NCBI RefSeq assembly: GCF_963921235.1
Contig: NC_086097.1
Coordinates: 124,126,001 to 124,190,000, forward strand
Direction of reading: 5' to 3'
DNA length: 64,000 nt
Source: Mobula hypostoma
Taxonomy: Eukaryota
Part shown: one piece after another, positions 13,170 to 27,180 of the stretch
Layout: each line of letters begins with the position of its first letter
Numbering within the stretch: the stretch's first letter is position 1
Program-made: the position numbers and the translations under genes
Notes under the pieces: model-generated
The model's input: the letters and a program-made list of their open reading frames with translations, nothing else
The model's database searches: none
What the model was told of the DNA's origin: nothing

Positions 13170-13878
13170 TAATGCCAGAATCAGGTTAATTATCACTGAC
13201 ATATATCATGAAATTTGTTGTTTTGTGGCAGTAGTACATAAAATATACTATAAATTATAATTTAAAAATGTATAAAAGTAAATAGCGCAAAAAGAAAGCA
13301 AAAATAGTGAGGTAGTGCTCATAAGTTCATTATCTGTTCAGAAATCCAATGACAAAATGGTAACAAGCTGTTCACAAAACTTTGAGTGTGTGTCTTCAGG
13401 CTCCTGTACCGCTTCTCTGATGTGTAGTAATGAGAAGGGGGCATGTCTTAGGTGTTGGGGCGGGGGGATCCTTAATGACAGATGCCACCATTTTGAAGCA
13501 TCACCTTTTGAAGATGTCCTTGATGGTGGAGAGGTTAGTCCTCATGATGGAACTGGTTGAGTCTACACTCCTCTGCAGCTTTTTCTGATCCTGTGCAGTG
13601 GCCCCTTCCCCTTCATACCAGACAGTAGAATGCTCTCCATGATACAGAAACGTACTAGTCTTTGGTAACATACTAAATCTCTTCAAACTCCTAATGAAAC
13701 ATAGCTGCTGGTGTGCCCTCCACATAATTGTGTCAATATGTTGGGCTCAGGTTAGATCTTCAGAAATCTATCCAGTCCTGTCCTCTCGATGACAACTGGT
13801 GTGTGAAGTCCGCAATCAGATGTTGAGTGCAAGGTTGTTGTTGTGTCACCACTCAACTAGCTGATCTATCTCACTCCA
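13170..13878 (-). mobile_element. Rex1/Babar-type LINE 3' fragment
   Basis: RAHQQLCFIRSLKRFSMLPKT...VWY...TAQDQKKLQR.VDS.SSI...LSTIKDIF is the typical Rex1/Babar RT C-terminus. Related fragments lie at about 6590-6973 (-) and 15800-16200 (+). Confidence 0.8.
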
Positions 13879-14130
13879 GTGCACTAATCATAATAGTATT
13901 AGAGCTTTTATCAATTTTCATGTTTACATAGCAAAGAGTTTTCCTGTAATGAAGTGAGTTCAGTGCTGACAACTGGCTTAGCTAGTCTGTGTACAGCAAG
14001 ATCCCATAATAAAAATGCGATTATGGACTAGATAATAGTTGAGTTAATACTTTTTTTCTTTGTTTTTTTTCTTTGTCCACATATGTTTTCATATTCATTC
14101 ATCATCTCTCTGTTTAAAATTGCTCTAGAT

Positions 14131-14207
14131 TAGGGGTTCCCAACCTGGGGCCCATGGAGCCCTTGCTTAATAGTATTAGCCCATGGCATAAAAAGGGTTG
14201 CGAACAT
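14131..14207. mobile_element. Short hAT-like MITE remnant
   Basis: taggggttcccaacct...gggttgcgaaca imperfect terminal inverted repeats of CAGGGGTTCCCAAC type. No TSD confirmed. Confidence 0.45.
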
Positions 14208-17200
14208 TCATTTTGTATGTACCTTAATCCCACTGGGGTTTGCACATGATTTGTTGCAATCCCACTGACACTCATTCAGGTGTATTCTTAATGTGCACTG
14301 TGTGTTTGCAAGCTAATTTCTGCCTTGTTTGCAATTCCTTCCTTTCATATGCTGTTATTTCTCTCTTCCATGCTCATGAGAACACATACTATTCATGATT
14401 TTTCTCCACGAATTTTGCCAAATACAGATTAGATTACATTAGGCTAGCTTTATATGACACGCATCTATCAAAGCATACAGTGAAATTTGTTGTTTGCATC
14501 AGCAATCAAAGGTGTGAGGATGTACTGTCACCATGCTTCTGGCACCAACATAACATGCCCACAACGTATGTCTTTGAAATCTGGGATAAAAGTGGAGCAT
14601 ACAAACAGTGGTGGAACTGAACCCCAGTTCCATCACTGGTGCTGTAAAGCATTACGCTTACCACTACGCTACTCTGCTGCAAATAAACAGTTACTTTGGT
14701 ACTGTATTCTCTTTCACACAAAATAGTGAACTAATGTTGAGAAAACCTAGCATCTTACCCTATTTAAAAATATGGCATATTCTTACCATCCCATTTTCAA
14801 GAAATTCTGAGTTATTGAATGACGAGAAAGAATGTAAAAAATTCAATGTGGTTAATTTAATGCATATTTTAAGTCTGAGTTTAAAAATACAGTCTCCAAG
14901 AAATATTTGTTGATCTTTTAGAGAGACTTTGTCAAGTATAACTGGGAGGGAATGTGTAAATAGTACAAAATTTGATAAAATCACTGAGTATTAATAGGCT
15001 AGTATTGTAGTTTAGAACAAATATTAATTCTCCTATCTGCTCAAAAATCACCACCACAACACACTTTCCTAAAATCACCAACTGTTTTTTACTCCTGACT
15101 TTCACCGGTAGGTCTCCACGCCTGAGCGATTAGATTTTTTTTCTGCCCCTCAGTAATTAACGGGTTGCTCAAAATACCTAAACAGCTCACGGCCTTCTGA
15201 AAATACATAAAAGATGCTTGCTATAACCATTGGACAAAAGCAACTGATGTACCATTCATATTTTTTTTCAGAATCAGATTCATTTACATCCAAACAAAGA
15301 GTGAAATGTGTTGTTTGTGTTAACAACCAACACAACCTAATGATGTGCTGGGGGGCAGTCTGTAAGAGTCACCACACATTCCAGCTCCAACATTGCATGC
15401 CCACAATGTTCAGTAAAATTTGAAAATTAGCACCAATAATTTGATTTTAAAATGCTTTGAAGTAAAACATCTGAAGAGAAACAGGAAACCAGTCCTACAG
15501 CATGGCAGATATTTCAAGTGTACAAGAAGTAGTTTATACATTGTATACAATACTTAAAGCCCAATGTACTAAATCTCTCACCTTTAGAAATGGAAGATTT
15601 ACATAGTGTAAATGTGATGTTCCAGTTATTTTACTCTATAAATAATGCATACAAGTGCCAGGCCAAGATATTTTCCAACAAGACAGTCTAGCTACCTAAC
15701 CTTGATATTCAATGACTCGCCATTGCTGAATACTCCTCCATCCTGGAAATCACCATTCATTAGAAATTCAACTGAAGCAGCTAAACGCGTACATTGTTTG
15801 AGTATTAAAACTGCCCAAAGTATCCCTGGCACCAGCCTACCTGTCATTAAGGACATGTATACAGATAGATCAATAACTTGATGTAGGATCCCATCCACCC
15901 TTCTTATGGACTGTTTATCCCACTCCCATTAGAGACGAGGCTACGCAACATACGTACCAGGGCCACCAGACTGAAGAACAGTTACTTCCAACAGGCTGTC
16001 AAGCCGGTCAACACCACCACCTCCACCAATACATGTACATCTCCTAGCATCACTTTACAATCAGTCCGTGTATATAACAGTTACTTGTACATTGTGTTTT
16101 AAAGGATTGCTTTTTTTTATATTCCGTTCTTTATGCTTGTTGTGTGTGTTCTTTTATGCTGCATCAGATCTGGAGTAACAGTCATTTTGTTATCCCTATC
16201 TTGAATCGTGATCTTGGCAAAGACGGTATTTGAGCCATCAAAGAGCCTTTCCAGCATCCTCGATATACAAACTAGGAGTATAATAAAATGTTCTCCATCC
16301 GTTTGCATCAGTGCAGCTCAATATCATTTTATTTAGAGATGCAGCACAGAACAGGCCCTTCCGCCCAACGAGCCGCATTGTTCAGCAACCTACCTATTAG
16401 CTCTAGCCTACATGAGGACAATTTACAATGACCAATTAGCCTACTAACCACTCTGTCTACAGACTGTGGGAGGAAACCGGAGCACCTGGAGGAAATCCAC
16501 GTGCTCACAGAAAGGTCATACAAAATTGTTACAGAGGACGCTGGAATTAAACTCCGAACTTTGATGCCCCATTTTATTGTTATTTTATCCAACACCCTAA
16601 ACATCAGCTTCCTCCACCATTGTAGCTATAGCATATGTCATTTCCAAAACATAGTGCAGTTTTTTTCTTGGGCTACTGCCGCAGTACCTCCCAAGCCTGT
16701 GACATTTATCACCACAAAGGTCAAGTGCACCAGGTGCAAATTTCCTTCAAGTCATGTATCATCCTTTGAACTGTAGACCAACCTATAGACTCACTTTCAA
16801 AGTTCGGAAGTATGTTGCTCTCCATCAGCATGGTTGGATGTGAACTCTGCCAGAAATGTTTGTATCTTTGCACTTTCAGTCTTGAGAAAGTATGGCACTC
16901 CCTATAAAACTGGCCAGTTCTGTTCCTATGTCTTATGGTCTTATACTTTTATGAAAGAAATGCCTGCTTGTAGTAAAAGAATACTGAAGCAGAACAGCAA
17001 CACACTGAAGAGCCTGCCCCTTCTCAAGTTCTCGAACCATTCAAAAAATAGCATCTCTTTCATAGGAAATGCAGCCACATCATCCTATTAATATCTTCCC
17101 TGTGCCCTTCACAAATATGTCTTATATTTTGCACATAACTCAGAAATGCTATGACACCCGAGCATTCCCTGTGCATATTTGAAATTCTGTGGAAATTAGT

Positions 17201-18424
17201 TAATACTAAACAAACATCAAGTATCTAGGTTTTGTTTCTTAAATGATCCACTTTGGTGATGTTGTAATGCATAATGATTTAAAATTAGCCAGCTGCTATA
17301 TATAGATTTTAACTCAACAGGCAGCATGTGAACTAATTAGTTGATTGGTATGCAAGCATTAAGATCACTTTGTCGGAACAGCTGTACCTGGATAAATCTG
17401 TCGCCATTTGTGGGCATTGCAAGTCTATAAGTTTTCAACAGCTTATAGGAAGCTCACATGGGGCTCAGTATGAGGGTGCTGGCATCCTGCGAAATAGCAT
17501 CATCATCTGTATTCATTTCGTAGTTTGGAAGCACTGACTTCCTGAGAAATAACGTCATTTTCTATGTTCCTCTCTGGCATGCCTCTGTAACAGGAAGCCA
17601 CCTCTAAAGTCAACATGATGGTGGATTTAATTACATACAAGTAGATCATTTGATCTAACCACTCCATACTGCTGTTAAGTTTTACTCAGGCTGCTTCCAT
17701 TCTTCATCAGCATAACCCTCCATACTATCGGAGCATGAGACATAGGAGCAGAATTAGGCCATTTGGCCCTTCAAGTCTGCTCTGCCATTCCATCATGACT
17801 GATTTATTATCCCTCTCAATCCCATTCTCCTGTCTTCTCAGGAAAATCATGGGTTTGGGGAGCTGACACAGTAAGAGGAGTTATAGCCTGCATAGATAAA
17901 CCATGATCATATTGAATGGTGAGGTAGACTTGAGGGTCAAGTAGCTTACTTCTATATTTTTGTGTGCTTGAAAAGTATATGATAAACTTCTTAAGTTAAG
18001 TATATTATACAATGTTGACGGAACAATGCCAGTAGTGGTTGAAAAGTTTATGGTTACACCACGATAGCATTTAATCAGTGTAAGGCAATCATCAGTAAAG
18101 AAAATTAAATACTGATCTATACCTGGACAACATTGGATTACATATTTCAGAATATTATACTTTGTTGTACAGATGATTAATGTGGTGGACTATTCTGGCT
18201 GTCGTGCGTCCTGATGAATGTTCTCAACCTGAAACGTCAACTGTTAATTCTAATCCATGGATGCTACCTGACCTGCTCCAGCATTTTGTGTGTGTTGCTA
18301 GGGGTTTCAATGCATTAGAATAGGTTTAGAGAAGTCTTAAAGGGTGTTATTAAGTGCAAAAGAACAAGCAATTAATGAAAATTCAATGGTTAAACCTTCT
18401 GTTAAAAAAGAAATAAGTTGATGC

Positions 18425-18427
<3 letters not shown>

Positions 18428-18479
<52 letters not shown>
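18428..18479. repeat. (GT)26 microsatellite
   Basis: Perfect dinucleotide run of 52 bp. Confidence 0.98.
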
Positions 18480-18480
<1 letters not shown>

Positions 18481-18532
18481 AACCCCGAAGTTAACAAACC
18501 ATATAATTAATATAATAAATGAGACTGATGGT

Positions 18533-18740
18533 TTGTTGTTGTTTAGTCATTTAGTCAAGTCTGATACTTCGTGACCTCACGGATCATAGGGTTTTCATAG
18601 CAAGATACGGAAGTAGATTGCCAGGCCTTTCTTCCATGCAGGTACTGCTGCTGCCCCGGTTGGGACCCGGATGGGTTTGAACTCAGGACCATCTGCCTTA
18701 AAATTCAGTGCTGATGCCACTACACCACCAACTGGCCCAA
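18533..18740 (-). mobile_element. tRNA-head SINE with RTE/BovB-type tail
   Basis: Head ggccagttggtggtgtagtgg...gagttcaaacc; tail ccgtatcttgc...aaaaccc...ggtcacgaag...gacttgactaaatgactaaacaacaac. tgatggt is repeated on both flanks. Confidence 0.75.
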
Positions 18741-20515
18741 GTGTGATGGTAGAAATATAAAATTAGCATGTCCTCTGCAAGAGACTGAACAAATGCATTT
18801 CCAGATAATACCGATAATTTTGAGCCATTTGTTACTCTTGAAAGAATTATATCAATGTTCAGATTCAGATTCATTTATTTGTCAAATATAAATGTATTAT
18901 TTCCATTAACAACCAACACAACTTAAAGACGTGCTGGGGGCAGCCCACAAATGCCGCCACACATTCCAGTGCCAACATTGCATGCCCGCTATGTTCACTG
19001 AACAACACAAGCAACAACAACAGAACAATGATAACAAAATAATATTCTTTGTTCATGACTCAGGGACTTGCAAACGATGGGCGGAGACTTTCCCAGTAGA
19101 CTTGCAGATCCAGGGCTTCAGCCACCGAAACACAACTTAATGGTCAATAACTAGAATTAAGAATTGCACAATAACATAGCTTGATTTCTTTTGAGGCATA
19201 AGATTTTGGTTAATTTTATATGTATGAGAGAAGAGGGAGATGGATTATAAATTTGATGTTAACCAGTCTTCATCTTCCACTTTAGGATGTGGACAAATAA
19301 TCAACTCTCTAGATCTGGTTCATTATTTAAATATTTTAATTAGACTGCATGCTCCAAACTTAACCATAATTTGCCTTTCAAAGCATAAAGGCCAAGTTAC
19401 ACAAGGCTCAGGTGAAGGTAAGCCTGAATGCAGTTGAATGTACAGCTCTGTTTCTGAGTCAGAGAATAAGAGAGACTTCTCTCCTGCTCAACTCACCTAA
19501 CCAAACCCCACTCCCCTCCATACTGCATGAGGCAGCTCTGCTTCCTCTATACAACTGGACACTCCTTGTGCTCTACCAACACCAACTCCCAGCTCCCCAT
19601 CAAATTTCTCACTTGTCCTTGATCCGTTGTTGACAATCTTGAGCAACAAACACAAAATACTGAAAGAACTCAACAGGTCAGGCAGCAGCAATGGAAGGGA
19701 ATAAACAGTTGACATCTTAGGCCAAGACCCTTCACTGGGACTGGAAGGGAAGGAAGAAGAAGCCAGTATAAGAAAGTGGGCTGTAGGGAAAGGAGTATAA
19801 GTTGGCAGGTGATAGCTGAAGCCTGGTGAGGGGGAAGGGGCCATCTTAACTCACTTCCATATTTTATCTCTAGCTCTACACCTTGGAGTATCACGACCAG
19901 ATCTGTACTTTTCTGCAGGAATCCTCATCTGCACACCTGACAAAAAGTATTTTCATATCATAGTACAATATGCCTTGAAGGGTCTTGACCCGAAATGTCA
20001 ACTGTTTATTCCCCTCCATAGATGCTGCCTGATCTGATGAGTTCCTCCTACATTCCTACGTTCCATGTGTTGCTGTGGATTTCCAGCAGCTGCAGAAGCT
20101 CATGTGTTTATGGTCATCTGTAGCTACTGACCTCCATATGATCCTCCCTCTATTCCTTCTTCTGTCTTTCCTTTTGACCACGCAAGGTACATGGTAGAAT
20201 AACATACGTGAAATGCTGGAGGAATTCAGCAGGTCAAGCAGCGTCTATGGAGACAAATAAACAGTTGATCCCTTCATCAGGAATGCATGATAGAATATTG
20301 CTGCCCCATAAATCTGGCCTGATTCTCTGCACAGCACATTTTCAGACATTTTACAATTTCTAGATCTCTGTCGTTCTTTAACTTAAGACGTTCATGGCTG
20401 ATGCTGAAAATTTGGTTAGCACATTTAGATAATTTTGTATTAAAGTGTGTGTTTTCTAAAATAGTTCCCTTGACTAGTTAAAACTATATCCAGTGACTGT
20501 GGGATTGCCTTTTAG

Positions 20516-20718
20516 GATAACTAAAGCATTAATAGAAGAAGATGGATCAAAATGGAGAGAAAAGCTGTCACCAATCCCAGTGGTCCCTGTTTCAGCACAG
20601 ATCCAAAGAGGGGAAGACAATTCCATAACCACGGTAATTGGAAACAAGTCTCAAATTACCAGTGGAAGTGAAGATCAAGATCCAGGCTGCAGCAATGGTA
20701 CAACACATCCAGACTTGG
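20516..20718 (+). CDS. SPAG1: SPAG1 coding exon (post-TPR helix and linker)
   Basis: ttttag acceptor and G|gtaaga donor; 203 nt, phase-compatible with both neighbours. Encodes ITKALIEEDGSKWREKLSPIPVVPVSAQ..., the conserved WREKL.PIP motif of the SPAG1/TOMM34 family. Confidence 0.92.
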
Positions 20719-20968
20719 GTAAGAAAATGACTATTTAATATACAAAAATATTTGATTTTTGAAAATTTTGATTTTTCAAACATTCCATATCATAGCTTGC
20801 CTACAGAGCTACAGTAAGCGTTACTGATGGGACAAAAGCTGTTGCATTTGTGTATGGTGACCTTCAGTTAATGACTACTAGTCAAATTGTTAACCGGAGG
20901 GACCTTGGATTTGTAGCGGTGAATCTGAGTCAGTGTAGCTAATCATATGGGTCAGGTTGATCTGTAGT

Positions 20969-21589
20969 AGCAGTAGCAGTAGTGCAATCACTTGAATGGA
21001 GTGTGATGCTTTCCTATGGGGATGTCTATTAGTGGGTTTTCGGATGTCCGTCGAATCAATCTTGGATCGCCGTATACTAGTGCAGCACCGGCAAAAGTAA
21101 CCACCCTTCTCCTTCAGTTGCTATTTGTAAATCCAACATCATGGATCCTGAGCTCATTCAGACCTCATAGTCCTGTCCCCCTTCGTCACTACTGATTGCC
21201 ACGGGACCTAATCCAGGATGGTTGGGTGGATTTCCTTAATGTAGAAGCTTTGTGTGTAACTTTAACGCGGTGAGGTGGATGCATGGGCTAACACCACATT
21301 GTCCATGACAGATCAAGGGCAGGGTCCAGCAGCAAGGAATGCAAGAAGACTGGGGACCCTTCAGTGCTGCATCCTTCCTCCACCTTCACTGACACCGATA
21401 ATGTGTCATCATCTTCTGCCAGCACCACCCTGAGGACTTGATTGGATTGGTCTTTGTCTGGAACCTCCTCCTTGACCTTACCCCATTGGTGACCCGATCA
21501 GGAGCTGAGCACCAAATGGTGTCACTGTCAGGAACTCAGGCATTCACAAGCCTCTCCCTCATAACAAGATGGCAATCCTCAGAGATGGC
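20969..21589 (-). mobile_element. Non-autonomous RTE-derived element (5' end joined to 3' end)
   Basis: 12-bp TSD ttgatctgtagt (20957-20968, 21590-21601), (CTA/CTG)n tail and RTE-type 5' leader. A second copy lies in the opposite orientation at about 30345-30800. Confidence 0.78.
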
Positions 21590-21790
21590 TTGATCTGTAG
21601 TGTGCTACTGCAGAAGGAATATGGTATCAGAAGTGGCAACTTTGATTTCAGTTGGACTGTCCATTCAGATAAGGATAACATTCTTGTAGTAACTGTGTTC
21701 AACAAGACATGAGTAAGGAATGACTCATTTCAACTTCTTCCTAAGAAGACTGTAGGAGAAATCCTGTCCTGCTTATTTCTAATTAGGCAT

Positions 21791-24700
21791 TAGAACCATA
21801 GAAACTACAGCACAGAAACAGGCCCTTTGGCCCTTCTTGGCTGTGCCGAACCACTCTCTGCCTAGTCCCACTGACCTGCACACGGACCATATCCCTCCAT
21901 ACACCTCCCATCCATGTATCTGTCCAATTTATTCTTAAATGTTAAAAAAGAACCCGCATTTACCACCTCGTCTGGCAGCTCATTCCATACTCCCACCACT
22001 CTCTGTGTGAAGAAGCCCCCTCTAATGTTCCCTTTAAACTTTTCCCCCCTCACCCTTAACCCATGTCCTCTTGTTTTTTTCTCCCCTTGCCTCAGTGGAA
22101 AAAGCCTGCTTGCATTCACTCTATCTATACCCATCATAATTTTATATACCTCTATCAAATCTCCCCTCATTCTTCTACGCTCCAGGGAATAAAGTCCTAA
22201 CCTATTCAACCTTTCTCTGTAACTGAGTTTCTCAAGTTCCGGCAACATCCTTGTAAACCTTCTCTGCACTCTTCCAAGCTTATTTATATCCTTCCTGTAA
22301 TTTGGTGACCAAAACTGAACACAATACTCCAGATTTGGCCTCACCAATGCCTTATACAACCTCATCATAACATTCCAGCTCTTATACTCAATACTACGAT
22401 TAATAAAGGCCAATGTACCAAAAGCTCTCTTTACGACCCTATCTACCTGTGTCGACAGTTTTAGGGAATTTTGTATCTGTATTCCCAGATCCCTCTATTC
22501 CACTGCACTCCTCAGTGCCTTACCATTAACCCTGTATGTTCTATGTTGGTTTGTCCTTCCAACGTGCAATACCTCACACTTGTCAGTATTAAACTCCATC
22601 TGCCATTTTTCAGCCCATTTTTCCAGCTGGTCCAAGTCCCTCTGCAGGCTCTGAAAACCTTCCTCACTGTCTACTACACCTCCAATCTTTGTATCATCAG
22701 CAAACTTGCTGATCCAATTTACCACATTATCATCCAGATCATTGATATAGATGACAAATAACAATGGACCCAGCACTGATCCCTGTGGCACACCACTAGT
22801 CACAGGCCTCCACTCAGAGAAGCAATTTTCTACCACCACTCTCTGGCTTCTTCCATTGAGCCAATGTCTAATCCAATTTACCACCTCTCCATGTATACCT
22901 AGCGACTGAATTTTCCTAGCTAACCTCCCATGTGGGACCTTGTCAAAGGCCTTACTGAAGTCCATGTAGACAATATACTGCCTTCCCTTCATCCACTTTC
23001 CTGGTAACCTCCTCGAAAAACTCCAACAGATTGGTCAAATATGACCTACCACGCACAAAGCCATGTTGACTCTCCCTAATTAGCCCCTGTCTATCCAAAT
23101 GCTTGTAGATTCTGTCTCTTAGTACTCTCTCCAATAACTTACCTACTACTGACGTTAAACTCACCGGCCTATAATTTCCCGGATTACTTTTTGATCCTTT
23201 TTTAAACAACGGAACAACATGAGCCACTCTCCAATCCTCCGGCACTTCACCCGTAGACAGCAACATTTTAAATATTTCTGCCAGGGCCCCGCAATTTCAA
23301 CACTAGTCTCCTTCAAGGTCCCGGGGATTTATCCACTTTAATTTTCCTCAAGACAGCAAGCACCTCCTCCTTTTCAATCTGTACAGTTTCCATGGTCTCA
23401 CTACTTGATTCCCTCAATTCCATAGATTTCATGCCAGCTTCCTTAGTAAATACAGACACAAAAAACCTATTTAAGATCTCCCCCATTTCCTTTGGTTCCA
23501 CACAAAGCCGACCACTCTGATCTTCAAGAGGACCAATTTTATCCCTTACAATCCTTTTGCTCTTAATATACTTGTAAAAGCTCTTTGGATTATCCTTCAC
23601 TTTGACTGCCAAGGCAATCTCATGTCTTCTTTTTGCCCTCCTGATTTCTTTCTTAAGTATTTTCTTGCACTTCTTATACTCCTCAAGCACCTGATTTACT
23701 CCCGTTTCCTATACATTTCATACAACTCCCTCTTCTTCTTTATCAGAGTTGCAATATCCCTTGAGAACCAAGGTTCCTTATTCCTATTCAATTTGCCTTT
23801 AATCCTGACAGGAACATACAAACTCTGCACTCTCAAAATTTCCCCTTTGAAGGCATCCCACCTACCAATCACATCTTTGCCAGAGAACAACCTGTCCCAA
23901 TCCACGCTTTTTAGATCCTTTCTCATTTCTTCAAATTTGGCCTTCTTCCAATTCAGAACCTCAACCCTAGGACCAGATCTATCCTTGTCCATGATCAAAT
24001 TGAAACTAATGGCGTTATGATCACTGGAACCAAAGTGCTCCCCTACACAGACTTCCGTCACTTGCCCAATTCGTTTCCTAACAGGAGATCCAATATTGCA
24101 TGCATCCCCTCTAGTTGGTCCCTCTATATACTGATTTAGAAAACTTTCCAGAACACATTTTACAAACTCTAAACCATCTAGACCCCTAACAGTATGGGAG
24201 TCCCAATTAATGTATGGAAAATTAAAATCCCCGACCACCACAACTTTATGTTTCCTGCAGTTGTCTGCTATCTCTCTGCAGATTTGCTCTTCCAAGTCTC
24301 GTTGACTATTGGGTGGTCTGTAATACAATCCCACTAATGTGGCCATACCTTTCCTGTTTCTCAGCTCCACCCATAAGGACTCAGTAGACAAGCCCTGTAA
24401 TCTGTCATGCCTGAGCACTGCTGTAATATTTTCCCTAACAAGCAATGCTACTCCCCCACCTTGCATTCCCCTGGCTCGATCACATCTGAAACATCAGAAC
24501 CCTGGAATATTAAGCTGCCAGTCCTGCCCCTCCTGTAGCCAAGTTTCACTAATTGCTACAACATCATAATTCCACGTGTCAATGCACGCCCTCAACTCAT
24601 CCGCCTTCCCCGCAATACTCCTAGCATTGAAATATATACACCTCAGAAGATTTTTACCACCACTCACAACCTTTCTATCAGCGGATTTGCTTAAACTTTC

Positions 24701-25963
24701 AATATCATTTATCTTCACCCCAGCCACACTGTCAGCTCTGGCACTCTGGTTCCCATCCCCCTGCAAATCTAGTTTAAAGCCTCCCCAATAGCACTAACAA
24801 ACCTCCCTGAAAGGATATTGGTCCCCCTGTGGTTCAAGTGTAACCCGTCTCTCTTGTACAGGTCCCACCTGCCCCAGAGGAGGTCCCAATGATCCTGAAA
24901 TCTGAAACCCTGCCCCCTACACCAGTTCCTCAGCCACTTGTTCCTCCTCCAGAGCATCCTATTCCTACCCTCACTGGCACCTAGCACAGGTAGCAATCCT
25001 GAGATTACCACCCTGGAGGTCCTGCTTTTCAACTTCCTACCAAGCTCTCTATACTCACTGTCCAGGACCTCTTCACTCTTCCTTGCTATGTCATTGGTGC
25101 CTATGTGCACCACAACATCTGGCTGGTCACCCTCCCACTTCAGAATGTCATGCAATCGATCAGAGACATCCTTGACCCTGGCACCTGGGAGGCAACAAAC
25201 CATCCTGGATTCTCTGTCACGACCACAGAACCTCCTATCTGCACCTCTAACTATTGAGTCCCCTATCACTACCACTCTCCTCTTTCTCCCCTTCCCTTCT
25301 GCACTGCGGAGCCAGACTCAGACTGGAAAGGCCTGCTACTGCAGCTAATCCCAGGTAAGTCATCCCCCCCAACAGTATCCAATGCGGTATACTTGTTGCT
25401 GAGGGGAATGGCCACAGGGGAACCCTGCTCTGCCTGCCCTTTCCCCTTCCCTCGCCTGACAGTGACCCAATTTCCTGTCCTCTGCTCCTTTGGCGTAACT
25501 ACCTCCCTGTAGCTACGATCTATAATCTCCTCATTCTCCCGAATGATCCGCAGGTCATCCAGCTCCTGCTCCAGTTCCCTAACGCGGTTTGTCAGGAGCT
25601 GCAGCTGGATGCACTTCTTGCAGGTGTCGTTGTCAGGGACACCGGAGGGCTCCCTGACTTCCCACATCCTGCAAGAGGAGCATTCCAACATCCTGCCTGG
25701 CATTCTCTCTACGCTAGACAATCTGAGCAAAATACTTACTGGAACCTACCCTGGCCTGTGCCTGTTCTCGGCGAAGCCTGTTTGAGCCAAAGCCGTCCCA
25801 CTCTGACTCAGTCCACTCTGACGATGTCCGCTGTATATGGTGGTCTGCTTTTTAAACCTTGGCGTGCTACGTCACGCGCCTGCGCAGTGCAGACCCTTCT
25901 CCCCGAGCAGTTCTTTAAAAAAAAATGACTTTTTCGACCCGAAATTCTTCCGCTCACTTCTTC
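21791..25963 (-). mobile_element. Near-full-length CR1 LINE (ORF1 zinc finger/coiled coil/SGNH esterase; ORF2 APE-RT), frameshifted
   Basis: ORF1 pieces CSSC...CKKC, VIGDSIVRG and VHIGTND...DGLHLN. ORF2 pieces NARS, SETWL, GDFN, SDH, NYRPVSLTS, SGVPQGSVLGP and KFADDTK. CpG-rich 5'UTR and tttctatggttcta tail. Confidence 0.96.
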
Positions 25964-26881
25964 AGCTACTTGCTTCTACTCCCATTCAGTGGAAAGTGTC
26001 ATCAACAGTGCCATCAAGCAACATTTACTCACCAAAAACAAGCTAACCATTTTGGGATTCAAGGAACAAAGATCAACTTTATGTCCCATATGCATTTACA
26101 TGTATTAGGAATTTGCTGTGTGTATTGGTGCAACATACAACAATAAAACAACAATCCACAATTATAAAGAATAAAAATGAGTTTAAAAAATAAAGTTAGA
26201 GGTTAAAGTACAGATATGGAATAAAATGTGCATAAATGCATTGATAACGGCATGTATTTACAATGTAAGTAGCATTATGAAAAGTGGTTTATCGAACTTT
26301 AGGCCTCAACACTGTCCTGGTTGAAAAGTGAATGATAGAGGTTAATTTCCAGGTGGAAGGGACTGCCCGTAATATTTGACTCCATTTAACTCAGTGCAGA
26401 TCATGCACTGAATGCTGGTAAAGCTAAAGTTCAATGTTAAGAAGTATTCCAATGGTCTGACATACTTTGCTCAAAGGAAGATGCTCATGGTTTTTGCTGA
26501 ATGTGGTTTCTTAGGCCCAACCATCTTTAGCTTCTTCACCTTCCTTCTACCATAAGATCTGAAATGGGATGTTCACCTATGATTGCAATTATGTCAATAT
26601 CTCAGAAAATGAAATAGTCCATGCCTTTGTACAGAAGATAGAGACAACATAAAGGCACAGACTGAGAAGTGACGAGTAACATTTGCACCACAAAAATGCC
26701 AAGCGTTGACCTTCTCCAACAACAGGAATAACAGCACCTATACACCATGTTCAGTGCCGTTACCAGTACTGTCACTTAAAAAAAACATTTAACTGATACA
26801 ATCATATAAAAACTATAGCTACACAACCAGGTCAGTGCCTCAAATGACACTCAAAAGCCTTTTATCTTCAAGAGACAAGAA

Positions 26882-27180
26882 TAGATTCGATTAGCTATAT
26901 TTGTCACGTGTACATTGAAACATACAGTGAAAAGTGTCGTTTGCCTCAAATCAAATCAGCATAAATTGTGCTGGGGGCAGCCCACCACACTTCTGGCGCC
27001 AACATAGCAGGGCCACAACTCACAAACTCAAACCCGTACATCTTTGGAATGTGGGAGGAAACCCAAGTGGTCACAGGGAGAACATACAATTCCTTACAGA
27101 CGGTGGCGGGAAATGAATCCCGACCGGTGATCGCTGCCGCTATAATAGTGTACACTGAACGCTACGCAACCGTGCCACCT
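26882..27180 (-). mobile_element. V-SINE (representative copy)
   Basis: tRNA-like head (ggtggcacggttgcgtagcg...ggattcatttcc) plus V-domain core (ttgtatgttctccctgtgaccacttgggtttcctcccacattccaaaga). Similar copies at about 6255-6460, 14430-14670, 16325-16560, 31005-31222, 32395-32708, 36120-36360, 37665-37878, 46055-46283, 51158-51465 and 54572-54845. Confidence 0.8.

Noticed and set aside
24769..25275. GDSL/SGNH esterase ORF as a host or horizontally acquired enzyme
   Set aside because: It sits in the ORF1 position of a CR1 element, where this domain is well known.
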